Below, piece after piece: positions 15,756 through 25,949 of a DNA stretch of 30,832 nucleotides; position 1 is the stretch's first letter; each line of letters begins with the position of its first letter. Location of the stretch: the IMG/VR virus record IMGVR_UViG_3300020045_008164, positions 1 through 30,832 of that record. One strand, given 5' to 3'. Under the pieces are notes generated by a model, which saw only the letters and a program-made list of their open reading frames with translations, was not told the DNA's origin and did not search any database. Origin of the DNA: a virus (taxonomy: Duplodnaviria; Caudoviricetes). Position numbers and translations under genes: made by a program.

Positions 15756-18700
15756 ATGAATCGCTACCTTCCGTCAAGCAACCTTGCAGACCTGACTTCC
15801 GCTTCAGTCTCCCAACAGGAGGACGCACAGGTGCGCCAGCGCATCGCGACGGAAGGGCCAGGATTGTCATATGATTCCGCATTGATTGAACTCCGGCAGA
15901 GTAACATCAATGCTGACATCAATACCAAAGCTAAGTCCCTTAACATGGGACCAATGGACTTGGCGTATTTGGAGTGGAAAAAGGCTACACAGGATACAAG
16001 TTCGCCCTTTTACGGACAGGACCCCCAGACGTTCGCAAAGAATGTCAAGGCACTGGGATCGAATCGGTATGACCTACTCGACGCGAGCAAACCGGTGCGG
16101 GGCCTGATGCAGTTGGGGAACTTCTTTGATAACGAGTTCAGGGCTACTGGAATCTCAGCGTTTGCGGGTGATGCGGCGTATGAGACTGTCCGACCGTTTA
16201 CCGACGACGCAGCGACGCTCGCTGCTGTCGAAGGCATGGGCGAGGAGATGCCAGCAAGCATGGCGAATCTGCTGCCGCTTGCGTTGGGGACAGTTCTTAC
16301 TGGTGGTGGTGCGCTAGTCGGTGCTGCTGCATTGACCGGACTGGATGCGTATACAGACTCGAGAGAGACTGGACGCGACGCTGGATCGTCCGCGGGTGCA
16401 GGTGCATTGGCAGCGCTGTCTGTTGGTGTAATGCCTACGACTGGACGATTCTTTGAGAAAGTTGGAGCTGATACCGCGATCAAGCTTGCAGGGAATAGTG
16501 CTGCCGCTGCTGCTGCATCGCTTCGCACTGGTGTGTTGAATACCGCATTGCGCACGACTGTCCGTGAGGTTGGTCAAGTCGGTGCAGGTAGCGTGTTTGA
16601 TGCTGCTGATGTGGTACTGTTCGATGACAATCGCACACTTGCGGATCTGACTAAAGCTGAGTATCTTGTGCCTATGTTGCTGAGCAATGGCATGATGGTG
16701 CTTGGACAAGAGGCGATGACCGCTGGATCAAACTCTCTTCGTAATCGTTTGAGCAAAGTTCCACCGCAACTGCCAGGGGTCACCAACGTTCTGGCTGAAC
16801 GTAAACGTCTCGCAGATCAGCAAGCTGACTGGGCTACTCGTGCACCGATTGCGCAATCAATTGAACAGCAGGATCAGATTCGTTCATTCGGTGAATTCGA
16901 ACGCTTGTATGATGAGCAGCTCATGTCACACTATTACAGTGATGGTGACATGCAGACCGCGGCTGCGCATCAAGTTGCTGCTACCTTCGATGCAAACAAG
17001 CTTTCACCATGGTCACTTCAGCCAGAACAGAAAACTGGTGACTTCCTGTATCGCATGGCACAAGTTGCACTTGAGTTGAAAGTCCCCTACTCTTCGCTGG
17101 CGAAAGTGTCATCATCGGCATTCAATACCATGCGAAGTCGTGTGGACTCGGATGCTGCTGCTGCGTTGCGCGCGTTGAATATCATGGAAGCTAAGTCAGT
17201 AAGGTTATATAAGGATATCCCTGACGATCTCCGCAATGATCCACATGCTGCCAAGGTCTGGCAGATTCACAAGCAGCAAATCAAACGCGGAGTCGCACAG
17301 ATGGTTTACACCGACAAGGCCAATGGCATTGCCGCTGTTGCACTAGATACCTTCGTTGGGTCTAAGGCACCGCGTGTTGCTGTGTACAAGAACGGTGCAA
17401 GAGTGACGGAAGCCGAAGCGGCGAATGTCATGGCCGCACATGGTGATGGCATTGCTATTGGACTGAAGTCATATCAAGATGTGACTCGTGACCTGTATCT
17501 GAACGCACGGAATCAGGGTGGTGTCAAGACGGGCAAGGATGTGAAACCTGAAATTGCTTTGATGGTGGGTGATACCTTGAAGGGACTGGGGATTGATATG
17601 CCTGTGCATCTGATCACGGATTCGGACTTGAAGCTGCCGGAATATGCTGGAGTGAAGGCGCATTTCACACCGGATAAGTTCGGGTCGATGCTGCAGTTTG
17701 GGTATGATAAGGAACGGGTGGCGTTGATCTGGACGCGTGATGGTCAGGGCAAAGCGGGGATTAATACTCTCATGCATGAGGTGGGGCATATCGTGGAGAC
17801 ACATTTCCGTGAAAAGAATGTGGGTGCATTGGAGTCATTGAAGCAAGCTGCGGGTGTAGCGTTTGCTAAACTCGACATGACTTCAATGGAGGAGATTCGG
17901 AAAATGGGACCTAACCATCCTGAGTTCCTCAAAGCGGCAAAGAAACTGCGTGGGAAGAATGTGTTGAAATATGATTTCCCTGAATGGTTTGCTAATCAGT
18001 TCAGCAAGTGGTCGCTTGATCCAACGGCACGTCCAGCGAATGTCATGGAGAAGTATATCTCCCAGACGGTGGCGGCGCTACGCGCGATGTGGGACAAGAT
18101 GCAATCGTTTGTAACTGGAAGGGTGAAAAATGCCGCGGATGCATCCAAACCCGATCCAATGTTCAACCAGTGGATGAATCACATGTCACGTAAGTTCTAC
18201 ATGAACATCATGTGGGATAGTGATACAGTGTTTCGTGGACTGACTGAGACTTATCAGATGGGTGACGCTGCGACGGACGCACTTGGTGCTGCATTGTATG
18301 CCAAGCCCGAGCCGGGATTCCAGAAGCTGATTAGTCAACGTCTTGCCGACTGGCATATGAATGGACGGAAGTTGGACCCTCGTTTGGTAATTTCACGTGC
18401 GATGGACGACTTCAAGTCGGTGGAAGGGATTGCGCATTTGATGCCTGAGCGGCCTGAACTTGCTGACTCGTTGCAGGTGACTGCAATGATGTTTGATCCT
18501 GCAAAGCTGGGCGTATCGCAGACGTTGATCAATAATGTCATTGGGGCATTCAGTGAAAGTAATGCTCGGAGTGCATGGATCGACGAATATTCACTCGCAT
18601 CGACTGTGCGTACACTCATCAGTCGCTGGACTGCTGGCGAACTTCCCGGTCAAAAGGGCACTCCACTAAAAGGTGGGGAGAGTTTGCTGTGGACGCACAT

Positions 18701-21700
18701 CGACAAGAGTATCAAGTCGCTGGCGAAACCGATCCCGGCTGATATGACTCTCAAGGCCAATGGTGAGGTAGACAACCTTGGTAGTGCACGTCAGCTCATG
18801 GCTAAGGATGAAGCTGAGACGCTCATCAAAGGCTTCCAGTCCATGGCGAAGTATGAGATGTACCAGATGGAGGCGCAGGTCGATAAGTCTGGTAAGTATT
18901 TCGTAGCGTTCAAGTATTCGCCGGACGCGAGGAAGGTCATGTTCGATGAGGAATATCACAATTCCGAAATGGATGATGACGTGGCGTTGGCTGTCGATGA
19001 CGTCATGCAAGACATGGCGTTGAAGGCAATGGAGAAGAAGGCGGCGAAACGGAAAGGCACTGAGTGGTCGAGTGAGGAACTTGCCATGATGGTGCCGGGC
19101 AAGGTGAAATTTGCCGCTGAGCCGACTGACGCTGTGCATTATGGCGACGGCGGCATTGGACATGACACACAACTTCGTCGCATGGATGGTGGACGTGGAA
19201 CCGGTCACTTTGGCACTGGCACGTATTTCCTTAGTGGTAAGGAATCACCACTTGCACGTGAAGGGCGTCCTGCGAAACATCTTGATCTTACCGGGTTGAG
19301 CATGGCCAAACCAGGTGGAAGTGCACGGCAGTTACATGATGCATTGCGTATTGTGAATGGTGCAATCATTCGTGGAACTAAACTTGAGTTCACTGAACCA
19401 CGACATGATGGTAAGAAGGCGACATTCAATATTGCGTTGGCGCTTGGCTTGCACTTACATCCAGAGGCAGTAGTCCGTGACTCTATTCAGAATACGGCGC
19501 GCATCTTCAGTGAAGGCAAGAATGACGGCATTCGCACGCCTGCAACCTACGTCATGCAAGACCTTGGATATGATGGTATTGATGTGCGTGGAACTGACTT
19601 GGATAACGGGGACTACGGAAGTGTTATTTTCGCCGACGCTCAGCCATTCCACAGTGTTGTCATGGACATGGCCTTCACCAATTTCGCCGGTGCGCTTCCT
19701 AAGGACATCGTCATCGACCTTGGTCGCCTTGGACTCTACACGCCTACAGAATTCTCAACTCGCATGGGTAAGGCGATTGCCAAGTCGATCGGTGCGAAGA
19801 CTGCACCTGAGCCGTTGCTTCGCGCACTCGACAAAGTGAAGAAGGTGTCTGAATCTGACCTAGAGTTCTACACGGATATGAAGTCTGTGGGTAAGGAGCT
19901 TGGATTTGCAGGTGATACGATTGATGGTTTTGTTGGTGCGGTGGTGAATAAGCTCACTAAAGGTGAGTCGATCAAGGAGTTGGCATTGCTAGCACCTGAG
20001 CCATTGGCAGGACTCATGCGTGAGCTTGGTTCTACGGTGGATCAGTATGGACGGGTTACTGAAATGGGTGCACGCATGGGCGCGATTCTTGGATACCATG
20101 AGCAGTCATTAGAACAGCTTAAAGATGCACGTGCGAAAGGGATTGAATTGCTGACTAGTGATCAGGCTACACAAAAACTCGCCGAACTCGTGCAGTTTGC
20201 GAGTGAAGGAGGTGCACAGACTCGGCTAGAGAAACTGTCCCGCTCTGCTGGATGGGCACGTCGAGTACTGGAAGCTTCAATCACTCCATTCACTCAAATC
20301 GCTGCAAACAATCCAATCCTTGCTCCGTTTGATGAGGCGGTGCACATGGAGTCGCGTGACCAGTTCCGGATGATGAACGACACCATGATTCCGATTCACT
20401 CGGATGATCCACATAACTTGAACTTCGTGGGTGATGAGGGTAAGACGTTCAAGGCGATCCGGAGTGACGCAAAGCTGAATGATGCGCTGGATGAGATTGT
20501 TCGACTGGAAAACTTCAAGAAGTCCAGCTTCGAAGACTTGCTCACTGCGAAAGACCCGGAAGCAATGCAACTACTTGGGACGGTAGACCAGACCAAGTTG
20601 CCGCTGCTTGAGGACATGCGGAACCGGATGCGTATCGTGCAGCAGCATAACATCCAGCTGCGTGCATTGGAGACACGGCAACTCGATCGCATTAATCTTG
20701 CCACTTTCCTCACTCGCCAACTTCCTACCATGCCACCTAAGCAGTCACAGGCATTCGTGGATACAATGTATAATACGCCGGTGGGTGACCTACCCGCTGT
20801 GCTGAAACAAAGCGGCATTGATCCTAATCTCGCAGGTCGGCTTGTGGAATACAAGAACACGCTGGACAATGCGACGACTGTTCTCATTGATCAAATGCAG
20901 CAGGCACCATGGTATGTGAGCGAGCAACGCATGGGACGTTTCCTCGTGCGTTACTTCGATCCTGTATCCAAACGCTCTGGTGCCACATCTTTCGATGATG
21001 TGACAGAAGCCAATGCCTGGGTCAAAGCGAACAAGTCTGCTGTTACAATCAGCAAGCATGGTATCAATGGCGTTGAGGATCAGCAACTGAAATACAAGAC
21101 GAAGTTGTCGAACGACTTCCGTGAGGTGCTGGATTCGACGATCAAGGCGAAGCAGTCGATCATCTCTACGATGTTTGATGGAGATGAGAACTTGGTTAAG
21201 CAGTTGAACAGTGTGCTGTCTGATGTCTTCCAAGGCGTTGACTCCGCTGCAGTCGCTGCCACTAAGGGCACCATGTCGATCAACAGAAAGTTCAGCGCAG
21301 GTCGTGAGACTTTGGATATGCTGGATCAGCAGCGGGAGTCGATCCGCCGTGCAACGGTGGGCCTCACGCGTGCACGCACGAATGCGTTGTATTCATTGTA
21401 TTCACAAGACCAACACTTCCAGACGACGGAAGGTAGTCGCCAGCGTCAGTTGGCCTACCAGCATCTTGAGAATGCACGTGTGCCGGATACGCAAACTGGC
21501 TCAACGCTGAACAAGTTCTCGTTCACAATGACGATGGGCTTGAACATCAGCTCGATGATTACAGAGGCTGCTACAGTGCCATTGGTTTTGGCGCCACTCC
21601 TTCGCGAGCGTGGTGCATCGTTCGTTGAGTCGTTCGGATTGACGAAGCGGGTAGGTGCAGAGATTACCAAAGCACTACTATTCAATGATGGTAAGTTCAA

Positions 21701-23261
21701 TGACCCTGACTGGAATAAGGTAATTGATCGGGCCAAGCGAGAGAACGCACTGACCGCTCGCCACCTTGTCGACATCGACTCTGACAGAGTCTTGAATGAT
21801 CTGAACTCCAACAGGGTCATCGAGGGGAATCGTGTCACGCGTCCGATCATGTCCGTGGCTGAGTGGATGTACAAGATCAGCTCGAAAATGTATCAACCCG
21901 CTGCAATGGCCTCCGGGATGACCACCATCCTCGCGGGGTTTGAACAAGCAAGAAGTTCCAATCCAAAAGGTAACTTCGATGAGTGGTATGCAAAAGCACT
22001 TAACCTGCACACCGTCGCTCAAGGTGCGGGCGGTAAGGCTGCACGTCCTGTCGGATTCTTTGCAACGAATGGAGCGGCGAGGACGTTGAGTCAAGTGGCG
22101 TATAACTTGCAAGGCTTTTCAAATATGCAGGTATCGAACCTCATCCATTACGCCAAGAAGGGATGGATGGACGATCCGCAATGGACACCGCAGGAACGTA
22201 AGCAAGCTCGTAGTGCATTCAAACTAGCGATGGGATTGTCGATCGCTACCGTGGGCATCGCTGGCATTCCACTTGCAAAGGCCATTGCCATTGTCATGGA
22301 AAAGACGTTTGGATACAATCCAGAGAAGGAACTGGAGAAGTGGGTGTATGATCACGCGCCGGGAGACGAAACAGAAAAGTCATTCATCACAAACTTTGCC
22401 ATGCGCGGGAGTGCGTATGCATCAGGTTTGCCTTTTGACTTGCAATCGCGCATGACAGTTGGTGGCCTGTTTGCACTGAATAACTACGACGGATTCAATG
22501 CCAGCAACGCCTTTGGTGTTCCCGGTAACTTTGCACTCGAAGCGATGCAGGCAATGGGGGCAGGCATTCGTGGTCAAGGATTCTCCGAAATGGTCGACCT
22601 CGCGCCCGCTGGCCTACGCCGTGCCGCACAGATGTGGGCGAATGATGGCAAGATTGTTCGAAATGGACAAGTCATGCTCGAACCAAATGCAATCGAAGGT
22701 GCGTTTGCTGCAATGGGGTTTACGCCAAGCAGGTTGAAGAAAGGTTACGACATGAACTCCGCGAAGGAGTACTTCGCTAAGCAGTCAACTGCCGATCGGA
22801 AGAATGCCGTGACTCATGCAACGAATCTACTCAACGAAGGTAAGACACAAGAAGCCCGTGCTTACATCGAAGAGCAGGCGAACAAACTCGCAGGCATTAC
22901 CGGTCCCGGCGCAGCCAAGAAAGAACTCACCGCCAACATTGCACGTCAGTTCGCAAGTCTGAATACACCAATGGCGCGTGACCCGGGTCAAACGAGTCAA
23001 GCGCCAATGTTGGAATCGATTTATGGTGGCGGAGTTCAACCCTCACAAACTCAACTGTATCTGCGTGAGCAGCAGGCTAAGCTCCTAATGGGGGAGGTCC
23101 CAGGGTTCTCGTCTCGGAGGTATCAACAGGCTGCGATGGCGGATGATCTGATGGCATCGAACGCAAATCTATCCCCGGTTCTGGCACAGACCTACGCACG
23201 GGTGTATAATCAGAACGTGCTTCCGAACCCGCTTGCGGGAGTCGGTATGTTAGTTGAATAG
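15756..23261 (+). CDS. Large polyvalent internal virion / ejection protein (zincin metallopeptidase, ART-like domain, PLxRFG-like C-terminal region)
   Basis: 2501 aa. G/A-rich hydrophobic N-terminal segments; LMHEVGH...EWFA (~17770-17995); VHYG...GTGHFGTGTYF...LGYDGI...YGSVIF (~19130-19635); PWYVSEQRMGRFLV (~20905-20950); hydrophobic LAMGLSIATVGIAGIP near the C-terminus. Confidence 0.75.
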   Translation: MNRYLPSSNLADLTSASVSQQEDAQVRQRIATEGPGLSYDSALIELRQSNINADINTKAKSLNMGPMDLAYLEWKKATQDTSSPFYGQDPQTFAKNVKALGSNRYDLLDASKPVRGLMQLGNFFDNEFRATGISAFAGDAAYETVRPFTDDAATLAAVEGMGEEMPASMANLLPLALGTVLTGGGALVGAAALTGLDAYTDSRETGRDAGSSAGAGALAALSVGVMPTTGRFFEKVGADTAIKLAGNSAAAAAASLRTGVLNTALRTTVREVGQVGAGSVFDAADVVLFDDNRTLADLTKAEYLVPMLLSNGMMVLGQEAMTAGSNSLRNRLSKVPPQLPGVTNVLAERKRLADQQADWATRAPIAQSIEQQDQIRSFGEFERLYDEQLMSHYYSDGDMQTAAAHQVAATFDANKLSPWSLQPEQKTGDFLYRMAQVALELKVPYSSLAKVSSSAFNTMRSRVDSDAAAALRALNIMEAKSVRLYKDIPDDLRNDPHAAKVWQIHKQQIKRGVAQMVYTDKANGIAAVALDTFVGSKAPRVAVYKNGARVTEAEAANVMAAHGDGIAIGLKSYQDVTRDLYLNARNQGGVKTGKDVKPEIALMVGDTLKGLGIDMPVHLITDSDLKLPEYAGVKAHFTPDKFGSMLQFGYDKERVALIWTRDGQGKAGINTLMHEVGHIVETHFREKNVGALESLKQAAGVAFAKLDMTSMEEIRKMGPNHPEFLKAAKKLRGKNVLKYDFPEWFANQFSKWSLDPTARPANVMEKYISQTVAALRAMWDKMQSFVTGRVKNAADASKPDPMFNQWMNHMSRKFYMNIMWDSDTVFRGLTETYQMGDAATDALGAALYAKPEPGFQKLISQRLADWHMNGRKLDPRLVISRAMDDFKSVEGIAHLMPERPELADSLQVTAMMFDPAKLGVSQTLINNVIGAFSESNARSAWIDEYSLASTVRTLISRWTAGELPGQKGTPLKGGESLLWTHIDKSIKSLAKPIPADMTLKANGEVDNLGSARQLMAKDEAETLIKGFQSMAKYEMYQMEAQVDKSGKYFVAFKYSPDARKVMFDEEYHNSEMDDDVALAVDDVMQDMALKAMEKKAAKRKGTEWSSEELAMMVPGKVKFAAEPTDAVHYGDGGIGHDTQLRRMDGGRGTGHFGTGTYFLSGKESPLAREGRPAKHLDLTGLSMAKPGGSARQLHDALRIVNGAIIRGTKLEFTEPRHDGKKATFNIALALGLHLHPEAVVRDSIQNTARIFSEGKNDGIRTPATYVMQDLGYDGIDVRGTDLDNGDYGSVIFADAQPFHSVVMDMAFTNFAGALPKDIVIDLGRLGLYTPTEFSTRMGKAIAKSIGAKTAPEPLLRALDKVKKVSESDLEFYTDMKSVGKELGFAGDTIDGFVGAVVNKLTKGESIKELALLAPEPLAGLMRELGSTVDQYGRVTEMGARMGAILGYHEQSLEQLKDARAKGIELLTSDQATQKLAELVQFASEGGAQTRLEKLSRSAGWARRVLEASITPFTQIAANNPILAPFDEAVHMESRDQFRMMNDTMIPIHSDDPHNLNFVGDEGKTFKAIRSDAKLNDALDEIVRLENFKKSSFEDLLTAKDPEAMQLLGTVDQTKLPLLEDMRNRMRIVQQHNIQLRALETRQLDRINLATFLTRQLPTMPPKQSQAFVDTMYNTPVGDLPAVLKQSGIDPNLAGRLVEYKNTLDNATTVLIDQMQQAPWYVSEQRMGRFLVRYFDPVSKRSGATSFDDVTEANAWVKANKSAVTISKHGINGVEDQQLKYKTKLSNDFREVLDSTIKAKQSIISTMFDGDENLVKQLNSVLSDVFQGVDSAAVAATKGTMSINRKFSAGRETLDMLDQQRESIRRATVGLTRARTNALYSLYSQDQHFQTTEGSRQRQLAYQHLENARVPDTQTGSTLNKFSFTMTMGLNISSMITEAATVPLVLAPLLRERGASFVESFGLTKRVGAEITKALLFNDGKFNDPDWNKVIDRAKRENALTARHLVDIDSDRVLNDLNSNRVIEGNRVTRPIMSVAEWMYKISSKMYQPAAMASGMTTILAGFEQARSSNPKGNFDEWYAKALNLHTVAQGAGGKAARPVGFFATNGAARTLSQVAYNLQGFSNMQVSNLIHYAKKGWMDDPQWTPQERKQARSAFKLAMGLSIATVGIAGIPLAKAIAIVMEKTFGYNPEKELEKWVYDHAPGDETEKSFITNFAMRGSAYASGLPFDLQSRMTVGGLFALNNYDGFNASNAFGVPGNFALEAMQAMGAGIRGQGFSEMVDLAPAGLRRAAQMWANDGKIVRNGQVMLEPNAIEGAFAAMGFTPSRLKKGYDMNSAKEYFAKQSTADRKNAVTHATNLLNEGKTQEARAYIEEQANKLAGITGPGAAKKELTANIARQFASLNTPMARDPGQTSQAPMLESIYGGGVQPSQTQLYLREQQAKLLMGEVPGFSSRRYQQAAMADDLMASNANLSPVLAQTYARVYNQNVLPNPLAGVGMLVE

Positions 23262-24426
23262 ATCCACCTGAGCAGTCGGAAATTTCAACGATGCGCTTTG
23301 AGTCCGTAAGGAACTTGAAGGCATCGTTGAATTGTTTCTCATCGGCGTGATCCCAGAGTGCAGCGTGGATTGCTTTGCGTGTCAGCGGACGCCCCGCACG
23401 TTCGAGATACGCTTCGATCTTTGCCGAGACGTTCGATAGTGGGTTGGTCCCTGAACCAGCGAAGACCGCTCCAAGGTTCCCTTTGAGTGGCTCCAACCAT
23501 GCGATGGCTCGGGAGACAGTTTCAGCGTCCACGACACGAGACGTTCGATCCTTCGAGAGAGCAAGAAGCATGGATACCTGAGTGACGTAGCGTGGAAGAG
23601 AACCAAGGAAATACAGAACAGCAGGAGGATGTAACTCCTGTTGCTTGGCGGAGTTGGCATGATACCAACGTGAATAGATTGTCTTGGCATCGTCGGAATA
23701 GGTGAAGGGACCGGAGACTTGTTTGAGTTCATTGCCGATGCGAATGCAGTTCGCCCACGCTTCGGCTTGTAGTGGAGTGATTTCAGGGAATGGAACGGGT
23801 TCGGCGGGACGGTCAGGAGTGATGATAATGCAGCGACGAGAAAAGCCACCGGTGATGATATCCTGTTTCATCAGGGAGCCAGTCTGGTCGGGAGTCATGC
23901 ACCCGAGGATGGTGATGTATGGTCCGTGGATGACGTTGGTACCAGCGGTTTTGGTGTCTGTGTCGTAGAATGGACGGTCCCAGATATCGGTGAGGAACTC
24001 GATCATTCCGAGAGGATCTCCGCCAGCGGATAGCATGGTAACCATCTCATTGCAGAACATTGGAAATGCAGCGATAGGGTAGGTGATTTCTCCGTGGACG
24101 AATTTGTCGAGGTAGCCGAACTTCTCATTTTTCGAATCAAGTAGTTCCCAGATACGCTGCTTGGTGACCGAAGCTGGCGCAATCTTAACGTCACATTGTT
24201 GTATAAGTTTGCGTGCAATACCCATCGCAGTGGACTTTTTATCCGCCGGCTTCCCCACCAATACAATGTAAAGATTGCAGTGGTCTTGGTAAATTCCAAA
24301 GTCCATCCAGACACGCCGAGATACCAAGGTTGAAAGGGCAGATATCCCTGTCCACCTATGGAAACTTGGAGGAACTTCATTGCCTTCGCAGTAGGTTAAA
24401 TAGTTTTCGAGGAAGTCGTTTGACAT
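23077..24426 (-). CDS. DUF3987/YfjI-like P-loop NTPase (putative replicative helicase-related protein)
   Basis: EVPPSFHRWTGISALS...RRVW, NLYIVLVGKPADKKST (Walker A-like), FLTDIWD, ITILGCMTP, GGFSRR; possible C-terminal winged helix. Confidence 0.7.
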   Translation of the reverse strand: MSNDFLENYLTYCEGNEVPPSFHRWTGISALSTLVSRRVWMDFGIYQDHCNLYIVLVGKPADKKSTAMGIARKLIQQCDVKIAPASVTKQRIWELLDSKNEKFGYLDKFVHGEITYPIAAFPMFCNEMVTMLSAGGDPLGMIEFLTDIWDRPFYDTDTKTAGTNVIHGPYITILGCMTPDQTGSLMKQDIITGGFSRRCIIITPDRPAEPVPFPEITPLQAEAWANCIRIGNELKQVSGPFTYSDDAKTIYSRWYHANSAKQQELHPPAVLYFLGSLPRYVTQVSMLLALSKDRTSRVVDAETVSRAIAWLEPLKGNLGAVFAGSGTNPLSNVSAKIEAYLERAGRPLTRKAIHAALWDHADEKQFNDAFKFLTDSKRIVEISDCSGGSIQLTYRLPQAGSEARSDYTPVRRSVPEPGIDLRSMPSDHPPSQPVDTSETRTLGPPPLGA

Positions 24427-24617
24427 GGGAGTTCATTTAAAGGAGTGATTTGCAGTTCCTTGCACGCTTCACGATAGGCAGGCAAACCGGGATCATCTTC
24501 AAGGAAGGGTTGGCCGAACATGAGGCGGAAACGATTAGCAGTATGTAGGTGAGAAAGCGCTGCTGCATGACGAAAAGGACGGTCAGGAATTGCAAGCTGT
24601 TCAAAATCTGGGATCAT
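24396..24617 (-). CDS. Small hypothetical protein
   Basis: 73-aa ORF (MIPDFEQL...) fills the gap between ligase and NTPase with short overlaps. Confidence 0.45.
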   Translation of the reverse strand: MIPDFEQLAIPDRPFRHAAALSHLHTANRFRLMFGQPFLEDDPGLPAYREACKELQITPLNELPCQTTSSKTI

Positions 24618-25482
24618 AAATGCATTCAATACGGTTTCTGAGTGGGACGCCTGCATCGGACAGTTCGTCGTAAAGGACTCTGACTCGCGTCTTGTTTGCT
24701 ACAAGCTCGTCTATGCACTTAGCAACCAAATCACGTTGCGCAAGTTGGACTCCCGAACCAGAATTGAATTTGATGCCATTGTCGAGTTCAAGAATGAGTG
24801 ATCCCATCGTATCAGCAAACCCTTTGCCATCCGTTCCTTTGTCCATGCCGATGATTGTGGCGTCAAGGTCGAGCTCGGCTTTTCGTTTGAGCAGGCATTT
24901 CCAGCGATTCTCTTTATTGGAGCATCGTGCAGCGAAGCCATATGGTGCATTAGGGTCTCGATACATAGCACCTTCGAATTTGTCCGCCCGCTGGAGTTTG
25001 TAAAATTGCTCGGCTTCATGTGATGAGTTGAGGTAAGTAGTTGGAACAATGCTGAGTGCGTTGGAAAGAAATGGATCAGACTCTACAAGCCCGGCAAGGT
25101 TGCTTAACCAACCCGCACGACGACTGAAGGGTGCATGATGTGGGATATCAAAGATATGATATTTCACCTCATGCACTTTGTCGTGTGGATGGGTTCGATT
25201 GACTGCTACGCGGGAATTGATTTGCTGGAGTGAAAGGCCATGACAATAGAGTTCGCCATCGAGAAGGAATGACTGTCCAGAACGGGACATGAGGAAATTT
25301 AACGCCGAGAATATATGAGGTAACACATAGGGATCCCATTCAATGCCATTTTCATTAGGGCGCCCTCGAGAAATTAGCTGGCCATTAAGCCAGATGCCAC
25401 GAACTCCATTGAGTTTAGGTTGCCCGAAGCATGGGAAATATGCCGTCTTACTACTAAAACGGTGAGCGAGCATTGGTTTCAT
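24601..25482 (-). CDS. ATP-dependent DNA ligase (minimal type)
   Basis: KPMLA, motif I QPKLNGVR, LDGELY, YHIFD, FEGAMYR, LLKRK, and an OB fold with GSG. Confidence 0.92.
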   Translation of the reverse strand: MKPMLAHRFSSKTAYFPCFGQPKLNGVRGIWLNGQLISRGRPNENGIEWDPYVLPHIFSALNFLMSRSGQSFLLDGELYCHGLSLQQINSRVAVNRTHPHDKVHEVKYHIFDIPHHAPFSRRAGWLSNLAGLVESDPFLSNALSIVPTTYLNSSHEAEQFYKLQRADKFEGAMYRDPNAPYGFAARCSNKENRWKCLLKRKAELDLDATIIGMDKGTDGKGFADTMGSLILELDNGIKFNSGSGVQLAQRDLVAKCIDELVANKTRVRVLYDELSDAGVPLRNRIECIYDPRF

Positions 25483-25784
25483 TTCAGTGTAGTGGATTCG
25501 AGGAGTTTACGACCCTTAGGAGTTATGCGATAGATGTAACGCTTTGTCCCTGCAATTTTTACGTGCTCAGTGATTTCGAGATAGTTGACATTACGTAATG
25601 CAGTAAGCTTTCGTGTGAACGCACCAACAGACATACTAAGTTTGTAATTGTCAACGGTCGATACACCACCCGCGCTAGTATATGCAAGGCAAAGAACTAA
25701 TGTTTCATCGGTTACAAGTGGACACTTACTTAAATCTACAATCGCTTCACATAAGTTCTTGGCTTTCCATTGTTGCGGGCTCAT
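25479..25784 (-). CDS. Winged-helix DNA-binding protein
   Basis: SVGAFTRKLTALRNVNYLE...YRITPKGRKLL wHTH signature. Start is ambiguous (GTG 25811 or ATG 25784). Confidence 0.65.
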   Translation of the reverse strand: MSPQQWKAKNLCEAIVDLSKCPLVTDETLVLCLAYTSAGGVSTVDNYKLSMSVGAFTRKLTALRNVNYLEITEHVKIAGTKRYIYRITPKGRKLLESTTLK

Positions 25785-25947
25785 CGTTGGTATGATCTTT
25801 GAATGGTTCACCGATCTCTTTGTTGAATTGGTTAATCACTTGGGCGCGTGAAGCGAGCCAAGGGGTCGACCGGTGGCCGGTCTCGTCGTGGAAGATCGCA
25901 TACTTGTCGTCCATCGGACGCTTGCGGAGAGTGAATGACGTTTCCAT
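25747..25947 (-). CDS. Small hypothetical protein
   Basis: 66-aa ORF (METSFTLRK...) starting 2 nt after the polymerase stop. Confidence 0.45.
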   Translation of the reverse strand: METSFTLRKRPMDDKYAIFHDETGHRSTPWLASRAQVINQFNKEIGEPFKDHTNDEPATMESQELM

Positions 25948-25949
25948 GA

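Noticed and set aside
15756-23261. Giant protein as a virion RNA polymerase or tape measure protein
   Set aside because: I found no convincing DxDGD or T7/N4-type RNAP motifs and no tape-measure periodicity; no long-tail genes are present.
25400-25430. Ligase motif I KLNG instead of KxDG as a sign of inactivation
   Set aside because: The adenylated Lys and all other motifs are intact, and KxNG variants occur in ATP-dependent ligases.
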